From Auanema rhodensis (Eukaryota; Animalia; Nematoda), in the NCBI GenBank assembly GCA_964057225.1, contig OZ059896.1, positions 12,028,001 through 12,092,000 on the forward strand: 64,000 nucleotides of DNA, written 5' to 3'. How positions within the stretch are numbered: the stretch's first letter is position 1; every line of letters begins with the position of its first letter. Made by a program: the position numbers and the translations under genes. The notes beneath the pieces were generated by a model. That model was not told where the DNA came from. It worked only from the letters and a program-made list of their open reading frames with translations, and did not search any database. Below, piece after piece: positions 45,001 through 58,100 of the stretch.

Positions 45001-48000
45001 TTTTCTAAACCATTTCACTCCATCTCTTTCATTTAATTCCATATTTTAAACAATTTTATATTTCTACCACGAATTCATAACTTCATTTTTTAAATTTTTG
45101 ATCATTAAAAAACATTTAAATTTCAATATTGTGATGCTCAAAAACTGAAACAGTTGAATATTTTGTATTTTCTAAACCATTTTACTCCATCTATTTTATT
45201 TAATCCCATATTTTAAACAATTTTATATTTCTACCGCTATTTCATAATTTCATTTTTTAAATTTTTAATCATTAAAAAACATTTAAATTTCAATATTGTG
45301 ATGCTCAAAAACTGAAACAGTTGAATATTTTGTATTTTCGAAACCATTTTACTCCATCGCTTTTATTCAATACCATATTTTAAACAAATTTATATTTCTA
45401 CCACGAATTCATAACTTCATTTTTTAAATTTTTAATCATTAAAAAACATTTAAATTTCAATATTGTGATGCTCAAAAACTGAAACAGTTGAATATTTTGT
45501 ATTTTCTAAACCATTTTACTCCATCGCTTTTATTTAATTCCATATTTTAAACAATTTTATACTTCTACCACGAATTCATAACTTCATTTTTTAAATTTTT
45601 GATCATTAAAAAACATTTAAATTTCAATATTGTGATGCTCAAAAACTGAAACAGTTGAATATTTTGTATTTTCTAAACCATTTTACTCCATCTATTTTAT
45701 TTAATCCCATATTTTAAACAATTTTATATTTCTACCGCTATTTCATAATTTCATTTTTTAAATTTTTAATCATTAAAAAACATTTAAATTTCAATATTGT
45801 GATGCTCAAAAACTGAAACAGTTGAATATTTTGTATTTTCGAAACCATTTTACTCCATCGCTTTTATTCAATCCCATATTTTAAACAAATTTATATTTCT
45901 ACCACGAATTCATAACTTCATTTTTTAAATTTTTAATCATTAAAAAACATTTAAATTTCAATATTGTGATGCTCAAAAACTGAAACAGTTGAATATTTTG
46001 TATTTTCTAAACCATTTTACTCCATCGCTTTTATTTAATTCCATATTTTAAACAATTTTATACTTCTACCACGAATTCATAACTTCATTTTTTAAATTTT
46101 TAATCATTAAAAAACATTTAAATTTCAATATTGTGATGCTCAAAAACTGAAACATTTAAATATTTTGTATTTTCTAAACCATTTCACTCCATCTCTTTCA
46201 TTTAATTCCATATTTTAAACAATTTTATATTTCTACCGCTATTTCATAATTTCATTTTTTAAATTTTTAATCATTAAAAAACATTTAAATTTCAATATTG
46301 TGATGCTCAAAAACTGAAACATTTAAATATTTTGTATTTTCTAAACCATTTCACTCCATCTCTTTCATTTAATTCCATATTTTAAACAATTTTATATTTC
46401 TACCACAAATTCATAACTTCATTTTTTAAATTTTTGATCATTAAAAAACATTTAAATTTCAATATTGTGATGCTCAAAAACTGAAACAGTTGAATATTTT
46501 GTAATTTCTAAACCATTTTACTCCATCGCTTTTATTTAATCCCATATTTTAAACAATTTTATATTTCTACCGCTATTTCATAATTTCATTTTTTAAATTT
46601 TTAATCATTAAAAAACATTTAAATTTCAATATTGTGATGCTCAAAAACTGAAACATTTAAATATTTTGTATTTTCTAAACCATTTCACTCCATCTCTTTC
46701 ATTTAATTCCATATTTTAAACAATTTTATATTTCTACCACGAATTCATAACTTCATTTTTTAAATTTTTGATCATTAAAAAACATTTAAATTTCAATATT
46801 GTGATGCTCAAAAACTGAAACAGTTGAATATTTTGTAATTTCTAAACCATTTTACTCCATCGCTTTTATTTAATCCCATATTTTAAACAATTTTATATTT
46901 CTACCGCTATTTCATAATTTCATTTTTTAAATTTTTAATCATTAAAAAACATTTAAATTTCAATATTGTGATGCTCAAAAACTGAAACATTTAAATATTT
47001 TGTATTTTCTAAACCATTTCACTCCATCTCTTTCATTTAATTCCATATTTTAAACAATTTTATATTTCTACCACGAATTCATAACTTCATTTTTTAAATT
47101 TTTGATCATTAAAAAACATTTAAATTTCAATATTGTGATGCTCAAAAACTGAAACAGTTGAATATTTTGTAATTTCTAAACCATTTTACTCCATCGCTTT
47201 TATTTAATTCCAAATTTTAAACAATTTTATATTTCTACCGCTATTTCATAATTTCATTTTTTAAATTTTTAATCATTAAAACATTTAAATTTCAATTATG
47301 TGATGCTCAAAAACTGAAACAGTTGAATATTTTGTATTTTCTAAACCATTTTACTCCATCTCTTTCATTTAATTCCATATTTTAAACAATTTTATATTTC
47401 TACCACGAATTCATAACTTCATTTTTTAAATTTTTGATCATTAAAAAACATTTAAATTTCAATATTGTGATGCTCAAAAACTGAAACAGTTGAATATTTT
47501 GTAATTTCTAAACCATTTTACTCCATCGCTTTTATTTAATCCCATATTTTAAACAATTTTATATTTCTACCGCTATTTCATAATTTCATTTTTTAAATTT
47601 TTAATCATTAAAAAACATTTAAATTTCAATATTGTGATGCTCAAAAACTGAAACAGTTGAATATTTTGTAATTTCTAAACCATTTCACTCCATCTCTTTC
47701 ATTTAATTCCATATTTTAAACAATTTTAAATTTCTACCGCTATTTCATAATTTCATTTTTTAAATTTTTAATCATTAAAAAACATTTAAATTTCAATATT
47801 GTGATGCTCAAAAACTGAAACAGTTGAATATTTTGTAATTTCTAAACCATTTTACTCCATCTATTTTATTTAATCCCATATTTTAAACAATTTTATATTT
47901 CTACCGCTATTTCATAATTTCATTTTTTAAATTTTTAATCATTAAAAAACATTTAAATTTCAATATTGTGATGCTCAAAAACTGAAACATTTAAATATTT

Positions 48001-51000
48001 TGTATTTTCTAAACCATTTCACTCCATCTCTTTCATTTAATTCCATATTTTAAACAATTTTATATTTCTACCGCTATTTCATAATTTCATTTTTTAAATT
48101 TTTAATCATTAAAAACATTTAAATTTCAATATTGTGATGCTCAAAAACTGAAACATTTAAATATTTTGTATTTTCTAAACCATTTCACTCCATCTCTTTC
48201 ATTTAATTCCATATTTTAAACAATTTTATATTTCTACCACAAATTCATAACTTCATTTTTTAAATTTTTGATCATTAAAAAACATTTAAATTTCAATATT
48301 GTGATGCTCAAAAACTGAAACAGTTGAATATTTTGTAATTTCTAAACCATTTTACTCCATCGCTTTTATTTAATCCCATATTTTAAACAATTTCATATTT
48401 CTACCGCTATTTCATAATTTCATTTTTTAAATTTTTAATCATTAAAAAACATTTAAATTTCAATATTGTGATGCTCAAAAACTGAAACATTTAAATATTT
48501 TGTATTTTCTAAACCATTTCACTCCATCTCTTTCATTTAATTCCATATTTTAAACAATTTTATATTTCTACCACGAATTCATAACTTCATTTTTTAAATT
48601 TTTGATCATTAAAAACATTTAAATTTCAATATTGTGATGCTCAAAAACTGAAACAGTTGAATATTTTGTAATTTCTAAACCATTTTACTCCATCGCTTTT
48701 ATTTAATCCCATATTTTAAACAATTTTATATTTCTACCGCTATTTCATAATTTCATTTTTTAAATTTTTAATCATTAAAAAACATTTAAATTTCAATATT
48801 TTGATGCTCAAAAACTGAAACATTTAAATATTTTGTATTTTCTAAACCATTTCACTCCATCTCTTTCATTTAATTCCATATTTTAAACAATTTTATATTT
48901 CTACCACGAATTCATAACTTCATTTTTTAAATTTTTAATCATTAAAAAACATTTAAATTTCAATATTGTGATGCTCAAAAACTGAAACAGTTGAATATTT
49001 TGTATTTTCTAAACCATTTTACTCCATCTATTTTATTCAATCCCATATTTTAAACAATTTTATATTTCTACCGCTATTTCATAATTTCATTTTTTAAATT
49101 TTTAATCATTAAAAAACATTTAAATTTCAATATTGTGATGCTCAAAAACTGAAACAGTTGAATATTTTGTAATTTCTAAACCATTTTACTCCATCGCTTT
49201 TATTTAATCCCATATTTTAAACAATTTTATATTTCTACCGCTATTTCATAATTTCATTTTTTAAATTTTTAATCATTAAAAAACATTTAAATTTCAATAT
49301 TTTGATGCTCAAAAACTGAAACATTTAAATATTTTGTATTTTCTAAACCATTTCACTCCATCTCTTTCATTTAATTCCATATTTTAAACAATTTTATATT
49401 TCTACCACGAATTCATAACTTCATTTTTTAAATTTTTAATCATTAAAAAACATTTAAATTTCAATATTGTGATGCTCAAAAACTGAAACAGTTGAATATT
49501 TTGTATTTTCTAAACCATTTTACTCCATCTATTTTATTTAATCCCATATTTTAAACAATTTTATATTTCTACCGCTATTTCATAATTTCATTTTTTAAAT
49601 TTTTAATCATTAAAAAACATTTAAATTTCAATATTGTGATGCTCAAAAACTGAAACATTTAAATATTTTGTATTTTCTAAACCATTTCACTCCATCTCTT
49701 TCATTTAATTCCATATTTTAAACAATTTTTTATTTCTACCACGAACTCATAACTTCATTTTTTAAATTTTTAATCATTAAAAAACATTTAAATTTCAATA
49801 TTGTGATGCTCAAAAACTGAAACAGTTGAATATTTTGTAATTTCTTAACCATTTTACTCCATCGCTTTTATTCAATCTCATATTTTAAACAATTTTATAT
49901 TTCTACCGCTATTTCATAATTTCATTTTTTAAATTTTTAATCATTAAAAAACATTTAAATTTCAATATTGTGATGCTCAAAAACTGAAACAGTTGAATAT
50001 TTTGTAATTTCTAAACCATTTTACTCCATCGCTTTTATTTAATTCCAAATTTTAAACAATTTTATATTTCTACCGCTATTTCATAATTTCATTTTTTAAA
50101 TTTTTAATCATTAAAACATTTAAATTTCAATATTGTGATGCTCAAAAACTGAAACAGTTGAATATTTTGTATTTTCTAAACCATTTTACTCCATCTCTTT
50201 CATTTAATTCCATATTTTAAACAATTTTATATTTCTACCACGAATTCATAACTTCATTTTTTAAATTTTTGATCATTAAAAAACATTTAAATTTCAATAT
50301 TGTGATGCTCAAAAACTGAAACAGTTGAATATTTTGTAATTTCTAAACCATTTTACTCCATCGCTTTTATTTAATCCCATATTTTAAACAATTTTATATT
50401 TCTACCGCTATTTCATAATTTCATTTTTTAAATTTTTAATCATTAAAAAACATTTAAATTTCAATATTGTGATGCTCAAAAACTGAAACAGTTGAATATT
50501 TTGTAATTTCTAAACCATTTCACTCCATCTCTTTCATTTAATTCCATATTTTAAACAATTTTATATTTCTACCGCTATTTCATAATTTCATTTTTTAAAT
50601 TTTTAATCATTAAAAAACATTTAAATTTCAATATTGTGATGCTCAAAAACTGAAACAGTTGAATATTTTGTATTTTCTAAACCATTTTACTCCATCTATT
50701 TTATTTAATCCCATATTTTAAACAATTTTATATTTCTACCGCTATTTCATAATTTCATTTTTTAAATTTTTAATCATTAAAAAACATTTAAATTTCAATA
50801 TTGTGATGCTCAAAAACTGAAACATTTAAATATTTTGTATTTTCTAAACCATTTCACTCCATCTCTTTCATTTAATTCCATATTTTAAACAATTTTATAT
50901 TTCTACCGCTATTTCATAATTTCATTTTTTAAATTTTTAATCATTAAAAAACATTTAAATTTCAATATTGTGATGCTCAAAAACTGAAACATTTAAATAT

Positions 51001-54000
51001 TTTGTATTTTCTAAACCATTTCACTCCATCTCTTTCATTTAATTCCATATTTTAAACAATTTTATATTTCTACCACAAATTCATAACTTCATTTTTTAAA
51101 TTTTTGATCATTAAAAAACATTTAAATTTCAATATTGTGATGCTCAAAAACTGAAACAGTTGAATATTTTGTAATTTCTAAACCATTTTACTCCATCGCT
51201 TTTATTTAATCCCATATTTTAAACAATTTCATATTTCTACCGCTATTTCATAATTTCATTTTTTAAATTTTTAATCATTAAAAAACATTTAAATTTCAAT
51301 ATTGTGATGCTCAAAAACTGAAACATTTAAATATTTTGTATTTTCTAAACCTTTTCACTCCATCTCTTTCATTTAATTCCATATTTTAAACAATTTTATA
51401 TTTCTACCACGAATTCATAACTTCATTTTTTAAATTTTTGATCATTAAAAAACATTTAAATTTCAATATTGTGATGCTCAAAAACTGAAACAGTTGAATA
51501 TTTTGTAATTTCTAAACCATTTTACTCCATCGCTTTTATTTAATCCCATATTTTAAACAATTTTATATTTCTACCGCTATTTCATAATTTCATTTTTTAA
51601 ATTTTTAATCATTAAAAAACATTTAAATTTCAATATTTTGATGCTCAAAAACTGAAACATTTAAATATTTTGTATTTTCTAAACCATTTCACTCCATCTC
51701 TTTCATTTAATTCCATATTTTAAACAATTTTATATTTCTACCACGAATTCATAACTTCATTTTTTAAATTTTTAATCATTAAAAAACATTTAAATTTCAA
51801 TATTGTGATGCTCAAAAACTGAAACAGTTGAATATTTTGTATTTTCTAAACCATTTTACTCCATCTATTTTATTTAATCCCATATTTTAAACAATTTTAT
51901 ATTTCTACCGCTATTTCATAATTTCATTTTTTAAATTTTTAATCATTAAAAAACATTTAAATTTCAATATTGTGATGCTCAAAAACTGAAACATTTAAAT
52001 ATTTTGTATTTTCTAAACCATTTCACTCCATCTCTTTCATTTAATTCCATATTTTAAACAATTTTTTATTTCTACCACGAACTCATAACTTCATTTTTTA
52101 AATTTTTAATCATTAAAAAACATTTAAATTTCAATATTGTGATGCTCAAAAACTGAAACAGTTGAATATTTTGTAATTTCTAAACCATTTTACTCCATCG
52201 CTTTTATTTAATTCCATATTTTAAACCATTTTATATTTCTACCGCTATTTCATAAATTCATTTTTTAAATTTTTAATCATTAAAAAACATATAAATTTCA
52301 ATATTGTGATGCTCAAAAACTGAAACATTTAAATATTTTGTATTTTCTAAACCATTTCACTCCATCTCTTTCATTTAATTCCATATTTTAAACAATTTTA
52401 TATTTCTACCACGAATTCATAATATCATTTTTTAAATTTTTGATCATTAAAAAACATTTAAATTTCAATATTGTGATGCTCAAAAACTGAAACAGTTAAA
52501 TATTTTGTATTTTCTAAACCATTTCACTCCATCTCTTTCATTTAATTCCATATTATAAACAATTTTATATTTCTACCACGAATTCATAACTTCATTTTTT
52601 AAATTTTTAATCATTAAAAAACATTCAAATTTCAATATTGTGATGCTCAAAAACTGAAACAGTTAAATATTTTGTATTTTCTAAACCATTTCACTCCATC
52701 GCTTTTATTTAATCCCATATTTTAAACAATTTTATATTTCTACCGCTATTTCATAATTTCATTTTTTAAATTTTTAATCATTAAAAAACATTTAAATTTC
52801 AATATTGTGATGCTCAAAAACTGAAACAGTTGAATATTTTGTATTTTCTAAACCATTTTACTTCATATCTTTCATTTAATTCCATATTTTAAACAATTTT
52901 ATATTTCTACCACGAATTCATAACTTCATTTTTTAAATTTTTAATCATTAAAAAACATTTAAATTTCAATATTGTGATGCTCAAAAACTGAAACAGTTGA
53001 ATATTTTGTATTTTCTAAACCATTTTACTCCATCTATTTTATTTAATCCCACATTTTAAACAATTTTATATTTCTACCGCTATTTCATAATTTCATTTTT
53101 TAAATTTTTAATCATTAAAAAACATTTAAATTTCAATATTGTGATGCTCAAAAACTGAAACATTTAAATATTTTGTATTTTCTAAACCATTTCACTCCAT
53201 CTCTTTCATTTAATTCCATATTTTAAACAATTTTATATTTCTACCACGAATTCATAACTTCATTTTTTAAATTTTTAATCATTAAAAAACATATAAATTT
53301 CAATATTGTGATGCTCAAAAACTGAAACATTTAAATATTTTGTATTTTCTAAACCATTTCACTCCATCTCTTTCATTTAATTCCATATTTTAAACAATTT
53401 TATATTTCTACCACGAATTCATAACTTCATTTTTTAAATTTTTAATCATTAAAAAACATTTAAATTTCAATATTGTGATGCTCAAAAACTGAAACATTTA
53501 AATAATTTGTATTTTCTAAACCATTTCACTCCATCTCTTTCATTTAATTCCATATTTTAAACCATTTTATATTTCTACCGCTATTTCATAAATTCATTTT
53601 TTAAATTTTTAATCATTAAAAAACATATAAATTTCAATATTGTGATGCTCAAAAACTGAAACATTTAAATATTTTGTATTTTCTAAACCATTTCACTCCA
53701 TCTCTTTCATTTAATTCCATATTTTAAACAATTTTATATTTCTACCACGAATTCATAACTTCATTTTTTAAATTTTTAATCATTAAAAAACATATAAATT
53801 TCAATATTGTGATGCTCAAAAACTGAAACATTTAAATATTTTGTATTTTCTAAACCATTTCACTCCATCTCTTTCATTTAATTCCATATTTTAAACAATT
53901 TTATATTTCTACCACGAATTCATAACTTCATTTTTTAAATTTTTAATCATTAAAAAACATTTAAATTTCAATATTGTGATGCTCAAAAACTGAAACATTT

Positions 54001-54575
54001 AAATAATTTGTATTTTCTAAACCATTTCACTCCATCTCTTTCATTTAATTCCATATTTTAAACCATTTTATATTTCTACCGCTATTTCATAAATTCATTT
54101 TTTAAATTTTTAATCATTAAAAAACATATAAATTTCAATATTGTGATGCTCAAAAACTGAAACATTTAAATATTTTGTATTTTCTAAACCATTTCACTCC
54201 ATCTCTTTCATTTAATTCCATATTTTAAACAATTTTATATTTCTACCACGAATTCATAACTTCATTTTTTAAATTTTTGATCATTAAAAAACATTTAAAT
54301 TTCAATATTGTGATGCTCAAAAACTGAAACAGTTAAATATTTTGTATTTTCTAAACCATTTCACTCCATCTCTTTCATTTAATTCCATATTATAAACAAT
54401 TTTATATTTCTACCACGAATTCATAACTTCATTTTTTAAATTTTTAATCATTAAAAAACATTTAAATTTCAATATTGTGATGCTCAAAAACTAAAACAGT
54501 TGAATATTTTGTAATTTCTAAACCATTTTACTCCATCGCTTTTATTTAATCCCATATTTTAAACAATTTTATATT
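30063..54575 (+). repeat. 167-bp satellite, segment 3 (~147 monomers) with multi-kb higher-order duplications
   Basis: Same monomer; rare variants recur at ~9354-bp spacing (e.g. 33950/43304, 35351/44705). Confidence 0.98.
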
Positions 54576-55108
54576 TGTCGTTTTGTCCTCTAGTTGGAGA
54601 GCGAATAACGGGCATTTGTGGTTCAGTGGTAGTGGAATATTAGTCCAAGTAATAGGCAATAGACGCGAGTACAAGAGAAGAGTTTATTATCGGCGATACG
54701 AATACAATACGAGTAAAATAGAAATAAATTGACGGGAAGATGATAGCGGTGGCAGAATGATATTGAGACATGATTTAGAAGAATTATTGCGGGTTTATAT
54801 ACTAGGTCCCCGGAAGTGATAGATAATGTATTAATTGTAGAAAGCGAGAGGAGGGGTCTAAATCCTATGTGATTCATCCCCCTTGCAAGTGGGCGACGGC
54901 TATCGCGCCTAAGATCTTGCCTAATGGATCAGATGGCAAAGGGCGATAGGTGATTCATCGGCAAATCGGCCGTTGGTGACAACTTACAGGATTATCGATT
55001 AGATAGTTGAGGATAATGGATAGTACAAAGAGAGGACAATAAAGAAGTACAATTGAACTTAAACTAAGGAGGAACACTATTATCACGGGATGAGAGTGCT
55101 TCAGCACA
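54576..55108 (-). repeat. 3' LTR of BEL copy 2 (533 bp)
   Basis: Matches 63343-63875 with no difference seen. Confidence 0.97.
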
Positions 55109-55132
55109 CTCCGGCCGTCGAGAAGAGAACAT

Positions 55133-58100
55133 CTATATGGTGATGATCGCCGCCTGAGTCTTGTTCCTCTTAGTGGGTAGAATTTCTTGTTCCATTTCTT
55201 TTCTAGTCTTGATCCTACCGGTAGTCTGCGTTTCCTTAGACACTCTAGGCTTGGCTTGGATCCCTTTCGCTAGTAGTTCCTTGATCTCTTTCAGTTCTTT
55301 CTTTAGCGAGTCGAATTTCTTTTGTTGGTCGAGCTGTTCGATTAGTACTGAGGTCATCCTTTTGTTCTCCGATCTCATGTGTTTTAGTTCTTCCAATATT
55401 TCTTTGAGCTCCGGCTGCGCTTCTACGACGATGATGTTTCCCTTGGGTTGAGGACATCCTGGCGCTTCTCCGTCCCTTTTGATGGTAGAGGAGTTGTACG
55501 GCATTTTGTCTCCGTTTATCGCTGGGATGTGTTCCCTTTGGATACTCTTCATCAACTCGTTCAGTCTTCTCTCGTTTCCAAAAGGTTTGAGCTTGTCTTG
55601 CTCATTTTGGAACACGTGGTGTGTTCTTGCGGTGTTAAGGAAATCTTTGAGTCTTATGAAGTTTTTTAAGGCAGTGGCGGCGCTGTTGATGAGATTGGAT
55701 TTGTCAGAGAGTTCACTTGCCTCAGTTTTGTAAAAATCCCTAAGTGATTGGTCCATGTGCTGGGTGAGTTCCTTCAAACATTCAATCCGTTTCTCTCTTG
55801 TGAGCTTCAGAAACGAGTCGCATCTTTCTTGTGATCTTTGCAAGACTAGGTTGATTTCGCAGGCTCTAGTGTTGGCGAGTGACATAGTGAATAGAATGAA
55901 TACTACTAGGATGTGAGTTTTCCTTGACTTTAGGAGAAGGAGCTGGCGCCAAAAAATGATAAAGACGCGGAGGGGAATGAGGAAGATGTAACATGTTGCG
56001 GCCGCCATGTAGTGGGCGGTGCCTAGTGCTAGTCTGGTAGCGTATGTTGTAATGATGTAATAGGAAAAGGTAAAAGCGATTATGGCAATGAGTAGACAGG
56101 TTGCTAATGCTTTGTACCATTCCTGATAGATGTTGTAGAAGTGAGTAATGTCGGGCCAAGAAAAGGTGAAGGCTGTTTCTTGGAGAGACGAGTGATTCCC
56201 GAGTATGTAATGAGAGCGTAGGTCTTGAAGTGTGTTGACGTAGTACAGCATTCCTGAGAGGAGGAATGTGTTTTCTTGTGTTCCGCAGGTGTATGTGCAT
56301 GTGATCCTAGGTGAGGCTGAGGTGATAGGCAGCTGGATGGAGTTGGTTGTTCCTTGTGGACTGCATTGTGTCATGAATGCGGATTCACCACATTGTATAG
56401 CTGCCAGAGTTGGTTGAGGTGAAGTACATGTGATACTTGCTTGGGCTCCTCGGTTGCAGTTGTAACATCCGGTTAATGGTGAATCCTGAATGTTGCAATG
56501 TGTGGAGTCTTGAGATGAGGAAGTGTGGAATTCCCCGTCGATTTTGATGTGGATTACAGTTAACATGTTGCTGTTAATGTTGATCCGTAAGTTTCTTTCC
56601 TCGTTCATGATCATGTAAGAGGGTGTTAGCATTGGAATAGCTGATTGTACGTTGGTAAAGGCTGAGGTGATGGATGTTTCGTGACACTGGCAGTTGACCT
56701 GGTCTTCTGCCGGTGTGCAAACGCAGGTGGGTGTGGCGTTACAGTTCATGTTTATAGCGTCTCTTCTGCTCGGGCATGAGAGCATGGGTTGTTGATTCCA
56801 TATAGCTGTTCTTGTAAGGTTGCGGATGAATTTGTATTGCATCGCAGGTATGACTGGCGGTGAGAGACTTGTAATAGTTAGCGTGAATGGATATATGTGC
56901 TTCGGAACGTCAGAGTATAGAGTGACGTTTTTGGAGATGGTGGTTGATCCGTTTCGGTATGTTAGGCTGAGGTCCGTTGTAGGTGTCCAAGAGTTGCAGT
57001 CGTATACTTCATATATCGAGGTATCAGTCGGCTTCTGGTAGGTTCTGTAGAAAAGACATCCTGATGAAGGGTAAAAACATCCGCATCCTATGCCACCACA
57101 GGATTCTGTGCAGTGTGTTGTTCCTGGGTACTGGTTAGCTATGTGAAGTTCGCTGACAGTTGAGTTTGGGGTGATGTTGCTGCATTTTTCTTCTTGGCAT
57201 GATCCAGTGTGTGGGCATCTTTTGCTGTCTTGTACGTGAGTCTTTGATTCTCTTGTGAAGTAAAGGGACCGAGTCTCACACTTGTAGTTGGTTTTAATCC
57301 ACTGTATTCTCAAGAAAGAGATATTGTCTTGATTGTTTGATAATGTGAGGCAGGCTTCTTGAGTGTATGGACTGATGTTGAGATTATGCGTGGTTTGTAT
57401 GTGGCATTTCTCTTGGATGCAAGTGGACTGTTCGGAGGATGTGATCGCGAGTTCTTGGCATGAGAAGGTGACTTGTATCAAACTCATCAGAGCTAGGAGT
57501 GGTATGGCTGATTTGTGCGGCCTCGGTTGACGTGTGTGTCGGATCGTCTTGATTATGGTCATTATGATGGTGGTGCATAATCGTATCCAAAGTCGGATTG
57601 GTTTTCCTATGACCCATGGTGTGTATAGAATGCCGTAGCATAAGGCTGTGAGCATGTATGTAAGAAATGTGAGAAGTAGCATTGATGTCCATGGCCAGCA
57701 AGATGGATTGAAAAGTGTAGCAGTGCAGAAGGTGCATGTGACAGTGGAGCAGAAATGTACCGCTGGGCAAGTGATCATCATGTGATGAATTCTGGAATTG
57801 TGTTGGAAGGTCCAGCTTACGTCGTAGTTGGTTAGGATGTCCGCTGGGGGAAATATAAGGTTTCCATCGTGGCTGTTGTTATAGCATGTGTTGTGGATGC
57901 ATACTTGTTGATTGTTTGTCGAGATTCCTTGAATTTGAACTCCTTGGTAGTTGCAAGATATTGTTGGTGTGGCAGAGATGATGGGTAGAAGTATTGAGAA
58001 TATTGATAGATAGGTGAATAGGTTTGTTCTTTGTTCTCCGTACCATAATCTAGGTACGTTCCTTGGATTAGACTGCCTTATTGGTGGGACATCTCTCGAA

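Noticed and set aside
1-54575. CRISPR-like array
   Set aside because: Whole 167-bp units repeat with no unique spacers, there are no cas genes, and the context is eukaryotic.
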